Made by a program: the position numbers and the translations under genes
Shown: piece after piece, positions 21,211 through 28,911 of the stretch
Layout: every line of letters starts with the position of its first letter
How positions within the stretch are numbered: the stretch's first letter is position 1
The notes under the pieces: model-generated
Told to the model about the DNA's origin: nothing
The model's input: the letters and a program-made list of their open reading frames with translations, nothing else
Database searches by the model: none
Assembly: GCA_965222375.1 (NCBI GenBank)
Contig: CBDCTZ010000014.1
Coordinates: 288,001 to 352,000, forward strand
Direction: 5' to 3'
Source: Polyangiaceae bacterium
GTDB lineage: Bacteria > Myxococcota_A > Polyangia > Polyangiales > Polyangiaceae
DNA: 64,000 nt

Positions 21211-21786
21211 ATGTCCTGGAGGAGCCACGACGAACCAACCCCCTCGGCCCTGGGCCTGATTGAGCTTTCGAGCATTGCCCGCGGCATGCATGCAACGGAT
21301 GCGATGCTCAAGGCCGCGGAGGTGCAGCTCGTGATGTCTCGCTCGATCTGTTCGGGCAAGTACATGGTGTTGGTTGCGGGGGACCAGCACGAAGTGGAAG
21401 CGAGCGTCGCCGCCGGCATGGAAGTGGCTGACGAGACCACGATCGATCACGTGTTGCTCTCGAACGTACACCCCGACGTCTACCCGGCTCTTTCGAGCAC
21501 CGGCGAGATCACCCAGAAGGGCGCGCTCGGGATCCTGGAGTCCTTTTCCGTCGCCTGTCTGGTAGACGCCCTAGACCAAGTGGCAAAGCGGGCGTTGGTG
21601 GAAGTCGTTTCCTGCCGCCTCGCCATGGCCTTGGGTGGCAAGGCCTACTTGGTCTTCACGGGGGATGTCGATGCGGTGCGCGAATCCCTGGATGCCGGGG
21701 CCGAGGTCGTCGAAGAGCGGGGGCTGCTGGTGAACAAGGTCGTGATCCCGGATCCGCGACCCGAGCTCTTCGACACCCTCGTTTGA
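21211..21786 (+). CDS. BMC-T tandem-domain shell protein, PduT-like with pore Cys
   Basis: ALGLIELSSIARG..DAMLKAAEV, SICSGKY, second domain ALGILE..GGKA. Confidence 0.9.
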   Translation: MSWRSHDEPTPSALGLIELSSIARGMHATDAMLKAAEVQLVMSRSICSGKYMVLVAGDQHEVEASVAAGMEVADETTIDHVLLSNVHPDVYPALSSTGEITQKGALGILESFSVACLVDALDQVAKRALVEVVSCRLAMALGGKAYLVFTGDVDAVRESLDAGAEVVEERGLLVNKVVIPDPRPELFDTLV

Positions 21787-21789
21787 GGC

Positions 21790-22554
21790 ATGGCGCGCAC
21801 TCCGATCATCGGCGGAAATTGGAAGATGCATCTGACGCTGAGTGCGTCGGATCGCCTCACGACGGATCTGCGCAATCGCCTCGGGTCCCACCGGGGCGGG
21901 CATGTCGTGGTTTTCCCGCCACATCCCTTCTTGCAGCCCGTGAAGAATCGCTTGCGGGACTCGGCCATGGAAGTGGGCGCCCAAGATCTGCACCCGATGG
22001 ATCGGGGCGCGTACACCAGCGGCGTGTCTGCCGAGATGATTCACTCGATTGGCTGCAGCCGCGTGCTGATCGGGCATTCGGAACGGCGGGCTTGGTTCGG
22101 AGACTCGGACGCTCGGGTTGCGGAGAAATTGCACGTCGCGCTGGAGGCTGGGCTTCTGCCAGTTGTTTGCATCGGAGAGAGCCTGGAAGCGCGTCAGGGG
22201 GGAACGACGAACCAGGTGCTGACGCGGCAACTCGAGACGGCGCTATCCACGTACTCGTGTGCGCAGTTGGCAGGCTTGGTGCTTGCCTACGAGCCTGTCT
22301 GGGCAATCGGCACCGGTGTCACTGCGACGCCCGAACAAGCGCAGGAAACCCACGCCTGGATTAGAGGTCGGATCGCGGGCCACTTTGGCGAGGCCTTCGC
22401 GGGCGCACTACGCATCCAATACGGCGGCAGCGTAAAAGCTGACAACGCGGCAGCGCTCCTCTCATGTCCAGATATCGACGGCGCGCTGGTCGGAGGAGCG
22501 AGTCTGAACCCGCAGGAGTTCACGCGCATCGTGCACGCGGGCTCGCGTCGCTAA
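21790..22554 (+). CDS. tpiA: Triosephosphate isomerase
   Basis: GGNWKM, IGHSERR, AYEPVWAIGTG, YGGSV, GALVGGASL. Confidence 0.97.
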   Translation: MARTPIIGGNWKMHLTLSASDRLTTDLRNRLGSHRGGHVVVFPPHPFLQPVKNRLRDSAMEVGAQDLHPMDRGAYTSGVSAEMIHSIGCSRVLIGHSERRAWFGDSDARVAEKLHVALEAGLLPVVCIGESLEARQGGTTNQVLTRQLETALSTYSCAQLAGLVLAYEPVWAIGTGVTATPEQAQETHAWIRGRIAGHFGEAFAGALRIQYGGSVKADNAAALLSCPDIDGALVGGASLNPQEFTRIVHAGSRR

Positions 22555-22569
22555 GGGCCTGAGCCGATC

Positions 22570-23150
22570 GCAAGAGGAGCCGGACCAATCCGTGCAGGGG
22601 TGCTTTGGTGCTCCGCGTCCCGCGCCGAGTCGCAAGAAGGATCCGCCGGCCCAACTCCGCACAGGGTAGCTTTGGCGCTCTGAGCACCGCGCGAAGCCGC
22701 AAGAAGGATCGGCCCAGCTCCGCACAGGGTAGCTTTGGCGCTCTGAGCACCGCGCGAAGTCGCAAGAAGGATCGGCCCAGCTCCGCACAGGGTAGCTTTG
22801 GCGCTCTGAGCACCGCGCGAAGTCGCAAGAAGGATCGGCCCAGCTCCGCACAGGGTAGCTTTGGCGCTCTAAGCACCGCGCGAAGCCGCAAGAAGGATCG
22901 GCCCAGGTCCGCACAGGGTCGCTTTAGCGCTCTAAGCACCGCGCGAAGTCGCAAGAAGGATCGGCCCAACTCCGCACAGGGTAGCTTTGGCGCTCTAAGC
23001 ACCGCGCGAAGTCGCAAGAAGGATCGGCCCAGCTCCGCACAGGGTAGCTTTGGCGCTCCGAGCACCGCGCGAAAACGCAAGAAGGATCGGCCCAGCTCCG
23101 CACAGGGTAGCTTTAGCGCTCTGAGCACCGCGGGCGGCCGCAAGAAAGAC
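22570..23150. repeat. Tandem array of ~9 x 63-bp units, no spacers
   Basis: Unit gcaagaaggatcggcccagctccgcacagggtagctttggcgctctgagcaccgcgcgaagcc starts at 22699, 22762, 22825, 22888, 22951, 23014 and 23077; diverged copies at 22570 and 22632; partial copy at 23140. Confidence 0.95.
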
Positions 23151-23155
23151 CCGCG

Positions 23156-23184
23156 TTGCCTTGACTTGGGGCAACATCTATAGT
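23156..23184 (+). promoter_or_regulatory. Sigma70-like promoter upstream of rpiB-deoC
   Basis: TTGCCT (23156-61), 17-nt spacer, TATAGT (23179-84), ending ~30 nt before ATG 23216. Confidence 0.55.
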
Positions 23185-23215
23185 CCCGCGCCTTGAACAC
23201 TAGGCGGCACACAGC

Positions 23216-24616
23216 ATGAGCGCCGGGCCGGTCGTCTTGGGGTCGGACCACGGGGGCTACCCACTGAAGGAGGCCATCAAGCGTCACCTCTCGGGTAAGG
23301 GGATCCGCGTGGTGGACGTCGGAACCGACTCCGCGGAGGCCTGCGACTACCCGGTGTTCGCCCGCAAGGCGGCAGAGGAAATCGCCGCGGGGCGCGCGTG
23401 GCGGGGCGTGGTGGTGGACGGCGCCGGGATTGGCTCCTGCATGGTGGCGAATAAGGTCCCTGGCGTGCGAGCTGGGATGGCCTTCAATCAGGCCACGGCG
23501 AACAACGCCAGGGAGCACAACGACGCGAACTTGTTGACCCTCGGGGCGGGCTATCTGGATGAGGCCGCCGCCCTCTCGATCGTGGACACATTTCTGTCCG
23601 TCGAGTGTACAGTGGCGCGCCACAAGCGTCGCGTCGACATGATCGACGCTCTCGACCGTGGTCCCCGGAGATCCTTGAAGATGGTAGCGCCAGCACCAGA
23701 CAACAAGAACCAGCTCATCCAGCAGATCACCCGAGTGCTTTCTGGAAACCCCCAACTGCTGTCGGCCTTTGGCGGCGGCGGCGGTGGCGTGCCCGGGAGC
23801 GACTGCAATACCTGTAGCCGTTGCGATCATCAGTGCCCAAGCTCCGCATCGGACGCGGTGCGCAGCTTGGTGAAGGGCAAGTCCGGAGCGCGAGTCAGTG
23901 GTCGCCTGGGCGTGAGTGAAGTCCCAGAAGATCTGGCGAAGTACATCGACCACACTCTGCTCAAGGCCGATGCCACCTACGCTCAGATCGACCAGCTCTG
24001 CGACGAGGCGAGAAAGTACGGATTTGCGTCGGTCTGCGTGAACCCGGTTCACGTGCGGCGCACGGCGCAGGCGCTGCGAGGTACCTCGGTCAAGTCCTGT
24101 ACGGTCATCGGTTTTCCCCTCGGAGCCACCCGCAAAGAGGTCAAGGCTCTAGAGGCGCGGCAGGCGCTTCGCGACGGCGCCACCGAGCTGGACATGGTGA
24201 TCAACGTGGGCGCCCTCAAGTCGGGTGACGACAAGACGGTCTATGAGGACATTCGCCTGGTGCGAGAGGTGGCCCATGAAGGGGGCGCGATCCTCAAGGT
24301 GATCATCGAAACCGCGCTGCTCACAGATGCAGAAAAAGTGACTGCTTGCGAGCTGTCCAAGAAAGCACGGGCGGACTTCGTGAAGACATCCACTGGCTTT
24401 TCCACCGCCGGGGCGACTTCCGAGGACGTCGCGCTGATGGCGCAGGCTGTCGACCACCGCCTCGGTGTGAAGGCGTCCGGGGGCGTGCGCTCTGCGAGTG
24501 ACGCTCAGAGCATGATCGCGGCAGGCGCAACTCGGATTGGCGCGTCGGTCGGGATCCAGATTGTGCGCGAGATGCGCGGTGAGTCGAAGCCCGGCAGCGC
24601 CGGAGCAGGATATTAG
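23216..24616 (+). CDS. deoC: RpiB/LacAB-family sugar-phosphate isomerase fused to deoxyribose-phosphate aldolase
   Basis: N-terminal GSDHGG, DYP, ANK, REHNDAN, RHKRR; C-terminal [44 protein letters not shown]. Confidence 0.93.
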   Translation: MSAGPVVLGSDHGGYPLKEAIKRHLSGKGIRVVDVGTDSAEACDYPVFARKAAEEIAAGRAWRGVVVDGAGIGSCMVANKVPGVRAGMAFNQATANNAREHNDANLLTLGAGYLDEAAALSIVDTFLSVECTVARHKRRVDMIDALDRGPRRSLKMVAPAPDNKNQLIQQITRVLSGNPQLLSAFGGGGGGVPGSDCNTCSRCDHQCPSSASDAVRSLVKGKSGARVSGRLGVSEVPEDLAKYIDHTLLKADATYAQIDQLCDEARKYGFASVCVNPVHVRRTAQALRGTSVKSCTVIGFPLGATRKEVKALEARQALRDGATELDMVINVGALKSGDDKTVYEDIRLVREVAHEGGAILKVIIETALLTDAEKVTACELSKKARADFVKTSTGFSTAGATSEDVALMAQAVDHRLGVKASGGVRSASDAQSMIAAGATRIGASVGIQIVREMRGESKPGSAGAGY

Positions 24617-24655
24617 GTTTCGTATTTAGGCTGAGTTCGAGTTCAGGAGGATAGG

Positions 24656-24970
24656 ATGAGTACTGAAGCGTTGGGCATGATCGAGTGCCGTTCATTTGCG
24701 GCGGTCGTCGAAGCGGCAGATGCCATGGTTAAGGCTGCCAAGGTCGAGCTCGTGCAATACGAAAAGACCGGTGGAGGCTACGTGACGGCAGTGGTTCGCG
24801 GCGACGTCGCAGCAGTGAAAGCGGCAGTCGAAGCGGGCGCCAACGGTGCCACCCGCGTCGGCGAGATCGTCACCACCCACGTCATTGCCCGTCCCCACGT
24901 CAATGTGGATCTGGTCATGCCCCTGGGTCGCGCCGACGAAGCCGGCCGAGCCAGCAAGGGAGGCAAGTAG
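24656..24970 (+). CDS. BMC-H hexameric shell protein
   Basis: ALGMIE..AADAMVKAAKV..GDVAAVKAAV..HVIARPH; strong AGGAGG RBS. Confidence 0.97.
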   Translation: MSTEALGMIECRSFAAVVEAADAMVKAAKVELVQYEKTGGGYVTAVVRGDVAAVKAAVEAGANGATRVGEIVTTHVIARPHVNVDLVMPLGRADEAGRASKGGK

Positions 24971-24981
24971 CGGACGTAGGC

Positions 24982-25020
24982 GGGTCGCTCTCTGCTGGGA
25001 AGCTTCCCGGAGGGCGACCC
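24982..25020 (+). promoter_or_regulatory. Strong intergenic stem-loop after BMC-H, no U-tract
   Basis: GGGTCGCTCTCTG...CGGAGGGCGACCC forms a 13-bp stem with two G-U pairs. Confidence 0.65.
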
Positions 25021-25063
25021 CGCGCCAGCGTCCCTCGAGCCTTTTAGCGCGAGGACTAGATGC

Positions 25064-25384
25064 ATGCTGCTCGCTAAAGTCATCGGAACTGTCGTTTCCA
25101 ACCGTAAGGATCCGAACATCGAGGGGTTCAAGTTTCTGCTTCTGCGGCAGACGAACCCCGAAACGATGGAGGACGGGGGTTACGTCGTTGCTGTGGACGC
25201 CGTGGGCGCCGGAGTGGACGAGTACGTCCTGTTCGCGTCTGGGTCCTCGGCCCGTCAGACCGAAATGACCAAGAACCGCCCCTGCGATGCAGTGATCATG
25301 GCCATCGTCGACCAGTGGAGCATCGACGGTAGACAGGTGTACGAAAAGTACAGCCCGAACCACGGCTACGATGTTGAGGTTTGA
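25064..25384 (+). CDS. BMC-P pentameric vertex protein (EutN/CcmL family)
   Basis: AKVIGTVVS.RK..VAVDAVGAG..GSSAR..DAVIMAIVD. Confidence 0.95.
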   Translation: MLLAKVIGTVVSNRKDPNIEGFKFLLLRQTNPETMEDGGYVVAVDAVGAGVDEYVLFASGSSARQTEMTKNRPCDAVIMAIVDQWSIDGRQVYEKYSPNHGYDVEV

Positions 25385-26829
25385 GCGTGTCAGCCGTTGA
25401 TCCGGCGAGTGTTCAGCGTCTGGCGGAGGCGATTGCTTCAGAGATCCTGAACCAGAACGCGACCGCCAGCGCGCAGCCTGCCCCCACTTCGAGCGAGTCA
25501 ATGGGGGACGGGGTGTACCCCTCGATTGATGCAGCGGCGCGTGCATCCCGGCGCGCCTATTTGGCCTACGACGAACTGCCCCTGAGCAAGCGCTACGGCA
25601 TTGTCGCGGCGGTTCGTGAGGTGTGTCGTCGCGAGGGCGCAGCCCTTGCCAAGTTTGCTCACGAAGAGACGGGCTTGGGGCGCTACGAAGACAAGATCGC
25701 CAAGAACGAACTTGTCACCGAGAAGACTCCGGGCCCGGAAGTGCTCGAACCCATGGCGCGCTCTGGGGATCACGGCCTGATGCTCACGGAGCCGGCGTCT
25801 TTCGGCGTGATCGGCGCCATCACGCCGGTAACGAACCCCACGTCCACCATCATCAACAACGCGATTGGCATGATCGCAGCGGGCAACACCGTGCTCTTCA
25901 ACGTGCACCCCTCTGCGAAGCGCGTCTCGATGCACACGATTCAACTGCTCAACCGTGCAATCGTCGCGGCGGGCGGCCCTGCGGACGTGCTGACCTGCAT
26001 TGCGGAGCCGACGATCAAGAGCGCGCAAGAGCTGATGACGCACCCGCTGGTTCGGCTCTTGGTGGTGACAGGCGGCGGCGCCGTGGTGAAAGCCGCGATG
26101 ACGTCTGGCAAGCGGGCCATCAGCGCCGGACCGGGTAATCCTCCCGCCGTCGTCGACGCCAGCGCGGACGTCGAGCAGGCGGCTCGCAATATCGCTTTCG
26201 GCCACTCCTTCGACAACAACGTGATTTGCGTCGACGAAAAGGAATGCATCGTCGTCGATCAAGTTGCCGATCAACTGAAGAGCGCCATGCAACGCCACGG
26301 CGCGGTCTTGCTCGATCCCAAAGAGCTGCCCCGACTAGAAAACGCCATCTTCAAGAAGATGGCCGGGCCTCGTGGGCATGCCAGCATCGACCGAGACCTC
26401 GTCGGCAAGAATGCATCGGTGATTCTCGAACGGCTGGGGATCAGCGCGGGCGCCGAAGCGCGACTGGTCCTGATCGAGGTACCCAACGACCATCCCCTGG
26501 TGTGGACGGAGCAAATGATGCCCGTCTTGCCCATCACCCGGGTGCCCACCGTGAATGACGCCATCGACCTGGCCGTCGGCGCCGAGGGCGAGAACTACCA
26601 CACGGCAACCATGCACTCGCATGACCTCGACGCGCTCTCGCGCATGGCCCGCAAGTGCAACTGCAGCATCTTCGTGAAGAACGGTCGCTCCATCGACGGA
26701 CTGGCGGCCAGCGGGGAGGGCTGGACGTCATTCACGATTTCTTCGCCAACGGGTGAAGGGCTGACCACGGCAAGAACGTTTTCACGCTGGCGGCGATGCA
26801 CCCTCGTCGACCACTTCAGGATTACCTGA
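25381..26829 (+). CDS. CoA-acylating aldehyde dehydrogenase (EutE/PduP family) with N-terminal encapsulation peptide
   Basis: ITPVTNP, VTGGGAVV, GPGNPP, FDNNVICVDEK (catalytic Cys), EQMMP, SPTGEG; N-terminal helix VQRLAEAIASEIL. Start may be GTG 25387. Confidence 0.93.
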   Translation: MSVSAVDPASVQRLAEAIASEILNQNATASAQPAPTSSESMGDGVYPSIDAAARASRRAYLAYDELPLSKRYGIVAAVREVCRREGAALAKFAHEETGLGRYEDKIAKNELVTEKTPGPEVLEPMARSGDHGLMLTEPASFGVIGAITPVTNPTSTIINNAIGMIAAGNTVLFNVHPSAKRVSMHTIQLLNRAIVAAGGPADVLTCIAEPTIKSAQELMTHPLVRLLVVTGGGAVVKAAMTSGKRAISAGPGNPPAVVDASADVEQAARNIAFGHSFDNNVICVDEKECIVVDQVADQLKSAMQRHGAVLLDPKELPRLENAIFKKMAGPRGHASIDRDLVGKNASVILERLGISAGAEARLVLIEVPNDHPLVWTEQMMPVLPITRVPTVNDAIDLAVGAEGENYHTATMHSHDLDALSRMARKCNCSIFVKNGRSIDGLAASGEGWTSFTISSPTGEGLTTARTFSRWRRCTLVDHFRIT

Positions 26830-26832
26830 GCT

Positions 26833-27441
26833 ATGGCGAAAGCGTCCAAAGCTGGCCCCGCTCTCGCGATGCTCGACATTGCGAATGTCCCTGTGGGGCT
26901 GCTCGCTCTCGACCTGCTCGCGAAGGAGGCCCTGGTGGACGTGCTGAATGCGGGCACGGTTCAGAGCGGACGTTATTTGATTCTCTTCGGCGGTGATGTG
27001 GAGCCGGTGCAACGCTCCTTCGACCGTGCCCGAGGCATTGCGGGCTCTGCGCTCTGCGACGCCGTGCTGTTGCCCTGGGCGGAAGAGCGTATCGCGCCGG
27101 CGATCACCAAGAACAAGCGCCGTTGGCCCGCACCAGGCGATACCCTGGGTGTGCTCCAGAACGGTTCTTCACCGACTCTGCTCAGGGCGGTGGACGCTGC
27201 ATTGAAGGGTGCCCTCGTCGATCTCGTGGAGCTTCGGGTGGGCGATGGGCTGAGCGGCAAGGCCGTGGCGAGCCTTTGGGGTGAGACCCACGACGTCGAG
27301 GCAGCCGTAGAGCTCGCGGACAAGAGCGCTCGAGAGGGCGCGGCGGAGGGTTGGTACCGCTCCGTAATTCGCAACGCGGACAGCGTGGTGCAGGATAGCT
27401 TGGGCGCTTCGACGCGCTTCTTCTCGGAGTGGCGCGGATGA
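26833..27441 (+). CDS. BMC-T tandem-domain shell protein (no pore Cys)
   Basis: PALAMLDI..DLLAKEA..GRYLILFGGDV; second domain DAALKGA..GLSGKA. Confidence 0.88.
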   Translation: MAKASKAGPALAMLDIANVPVGLLALDLLAKEALVDVLNAGTVQSGRYLILFGGDVEPVQRSFDRARGIAGSALCDAVLLPWAEERIAPAITKNKRRWPAPGDTLGVLQNGSSPTLLRAVDAALKGALVDLVELRVGDGLSGKAVASLWGETHDVEAAVELADKSAREGAAEGWYRSVIRNADSVVQDSLGASTRFFSEWRG

Positions 27442-27716
27442 AGCTAGGTCGCGTCATCGGCACGTTGGTGTCCAACACCAAGAGTGAAGGCATGGATGGG
27501 CTGAAGCTGCTCATCGTCCGGCCGCTGACGAGCAAGCTGGACGTCGAGGGGGACCCTTTCGTCGCCACGGACGCGTCGGATCAAGCAGGCCCAGGGACTC
27601 TGGTCACCTACGAGTCTTCCCGAGAGGCCGCATTGCTTCACGCGCCACGCTTCGTGCCCGTAGACAAGGCGATCGTCGGCATCGTGGATCAGCACAACTA
27701 CGACGAGGGACCATGA
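27438..27716 (+). CDS. BMC-P pentameric vertex protein
   Basis: MKLGRVIGTLVS..K..G.KLLIV..VDKAIVGIVD; ATGA overlap with the preceding gene. Confidence 0.93.
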   Translation: MKLGRVIGTLVSNTKSEGMDGLKLLIVRPLTSKLDVEGDPFVATDASDQAGPGTLVTYESSREAALLHAPRFVPVDKAIVGIVDQHNYDEGP

Positions 27717-27988
27717 TCCTCGGACGGGTTTGCGGAACCATCGTCGCGTCACAGCAGCACGCCTTCTACGGCGGGCGCAAGCAGCTCCTCGTTCGCTACA
27801 CGGCGCCGGATGGAAGTTTCGATGGCGAAAAATACGTCATCGCCGTGGACATGGTCGGCGCTGGGGTCGGGGAGACCGTTCTCGTGAAGGATGAGGGTAA
27901 CTCCGCGCGTCAGCTGCTGGATACGGACGCAAATGGACCGATTCGTTCGGTCATCGTTGGCATCGTGGACGAGGTTCATACCGCCTAG
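27713..27988 (+). CDS. BMC-P pentameric vertex protein
   Basis: MILGRVCGTIVAS..AVDMVGAGVGE..EGNSAR..IVGIVD. Confidence 0.93.
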   Translation: MILGRVCGTIVASQQHAFYGGRKQLLVRYTAPDGSFDGEKYVIAVDMVGAGVGETVLVKDEGNSARQLLDTDANGPIRSVIVGIVDEVHTA

Positions 27989-28020
27989 GGCGGCGCGGAA
28001 AGCTGAGAGAAAGAACGGAT

Positions 28021-28668
28021 ATGTCTAATAAGCAGGGCGGCTTCGAACTTCGGACGTACATCTTCATCGATCAGCTCCAACCGCAGCTGGCGCAGTTCAT
28101 CGCGAAGGACAATCGCGTCTACGATCCCAAAGAGTACGACGCAGCCATCATGTTGGAGCTCGCTCCGGCCATGGAGATCCACCGCATGATCGATCTGGCG
28201 CTGAAGAGCACCCGAGTGCGCCTCGGCTCCGTCGTCACCGAGCGGGTGTACGGGCTGATGCAAATCCAACACGAAGACCAAGGCGAAGTGCGAGCTGCGG
28301 GAGAAGCGGTGCTGGCTCAAGCCGGGCTCAAGGCGACGGATCGCTCCAAACTCGAAATCGTCACCAACATGGTGATTCGCGGTATCGAGCAGGACCACGC
28401 CATCTTCTTCACCGGCACTTCCAAGGGCAACATGGTGCTAGCGGATGACTCGGTGTTCATTCTCGAAGTGGCACCCGCCGCATATTTGACGATAGCGGCG
28501 AACGAAGCCCTCAAGGCCGCCCGCGTCCAGCTCAATAGCATTCGCCCCTTCGGCGCTACGGGGCGCCTGGTCATGAACGGCCCCGAGTCGGAAATCGATT
28601 CGGCGGCGGAAGCAGCGATCAGCATTCTGAAGTCTCTGAACGCCGAACTCGAGCAGGCCGGCAAATAG
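28021..28668 (+). CDS. BMC-T stacked-dimer (CcmP-like, Tdp) shell protein
   Basis: ELRTYIFIDQLQPQLA, ELAPAMEIHRMIDLALK, VTERVYG, AANEALKAA, FGATGRL. Confidence 0.9.
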   Translation: MSNKQGGFELRTYIFIDQLQPQLAQFIAKDNRVYDPKEYDAAIMLELAPAMEIHRMIDLALKSTRVRLGSVVTERVYGLMQIQHEDQGEVRAAGEAVLAQAGLKATDRSKLEIVTNMVIRGIEQDHAIFFTGTSKGNMVLADDSVFILEVAPAAYLTIAANEALKAARVQLNSIRPFGATGRLVMNGPESEIDSAAEAAISILKSLNAELEQAGK

Positions 28669-28677
28669 TCCGTCAGC

Positions 28678-28720
28678 CGACCCTCGACCACGCAGTCTTC
28701 GGCTGTGGTTTTTGGGGTCG
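28678..28720 (+). terminator. Hairpin at the end of the BMC operon
   Basis: CGACCC..ACCACGCAGTC-TTCG-GCTGTGGT..GGGGTCG with a cUUCGg loop, between convergent genes. Confidence 0.55.
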
Positions 28721-28911
28721 ACGCGCTGCGCGATACCCGAAGGGGTGATTCACTGGGGCGGCGCTGGGCCGCTAATCTCGCGTGGGGCCCTGCGGTGCGG
28801 ATGGTGCACACAGGGCGAATTTCGCCAGCCAGGTCTGCCGCTTCCCAAACCAGGTGGTGAGCCGCGACCCAACACTGAGTGGCGTCGACCAGAGGCAGCG
28901 TCCTTGGGCGC

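Noticed and set aside
22570..23150. CRISPR array
   Set aside because: Units are contiguous and near-identical over all 63 bp, with no unique spacers and no cas genes in the window.
22520..24052. 510-aa minus-strand ORF across the repeat and rpiB
   Set aside because: It is antisense to a clearly genuine gene; it stays open because of high GC and the 63-bp period, and has no recognisable domain.
19894..28668. Carboxysome, Pdu, Eut or glycyl-radical BMC
   Set aside because: No RuBisCO, diol dehydratase, ethanolamine ammonia-lyase or glycyl radical enzyme; the signature enzymes are DeoC and RpiB.
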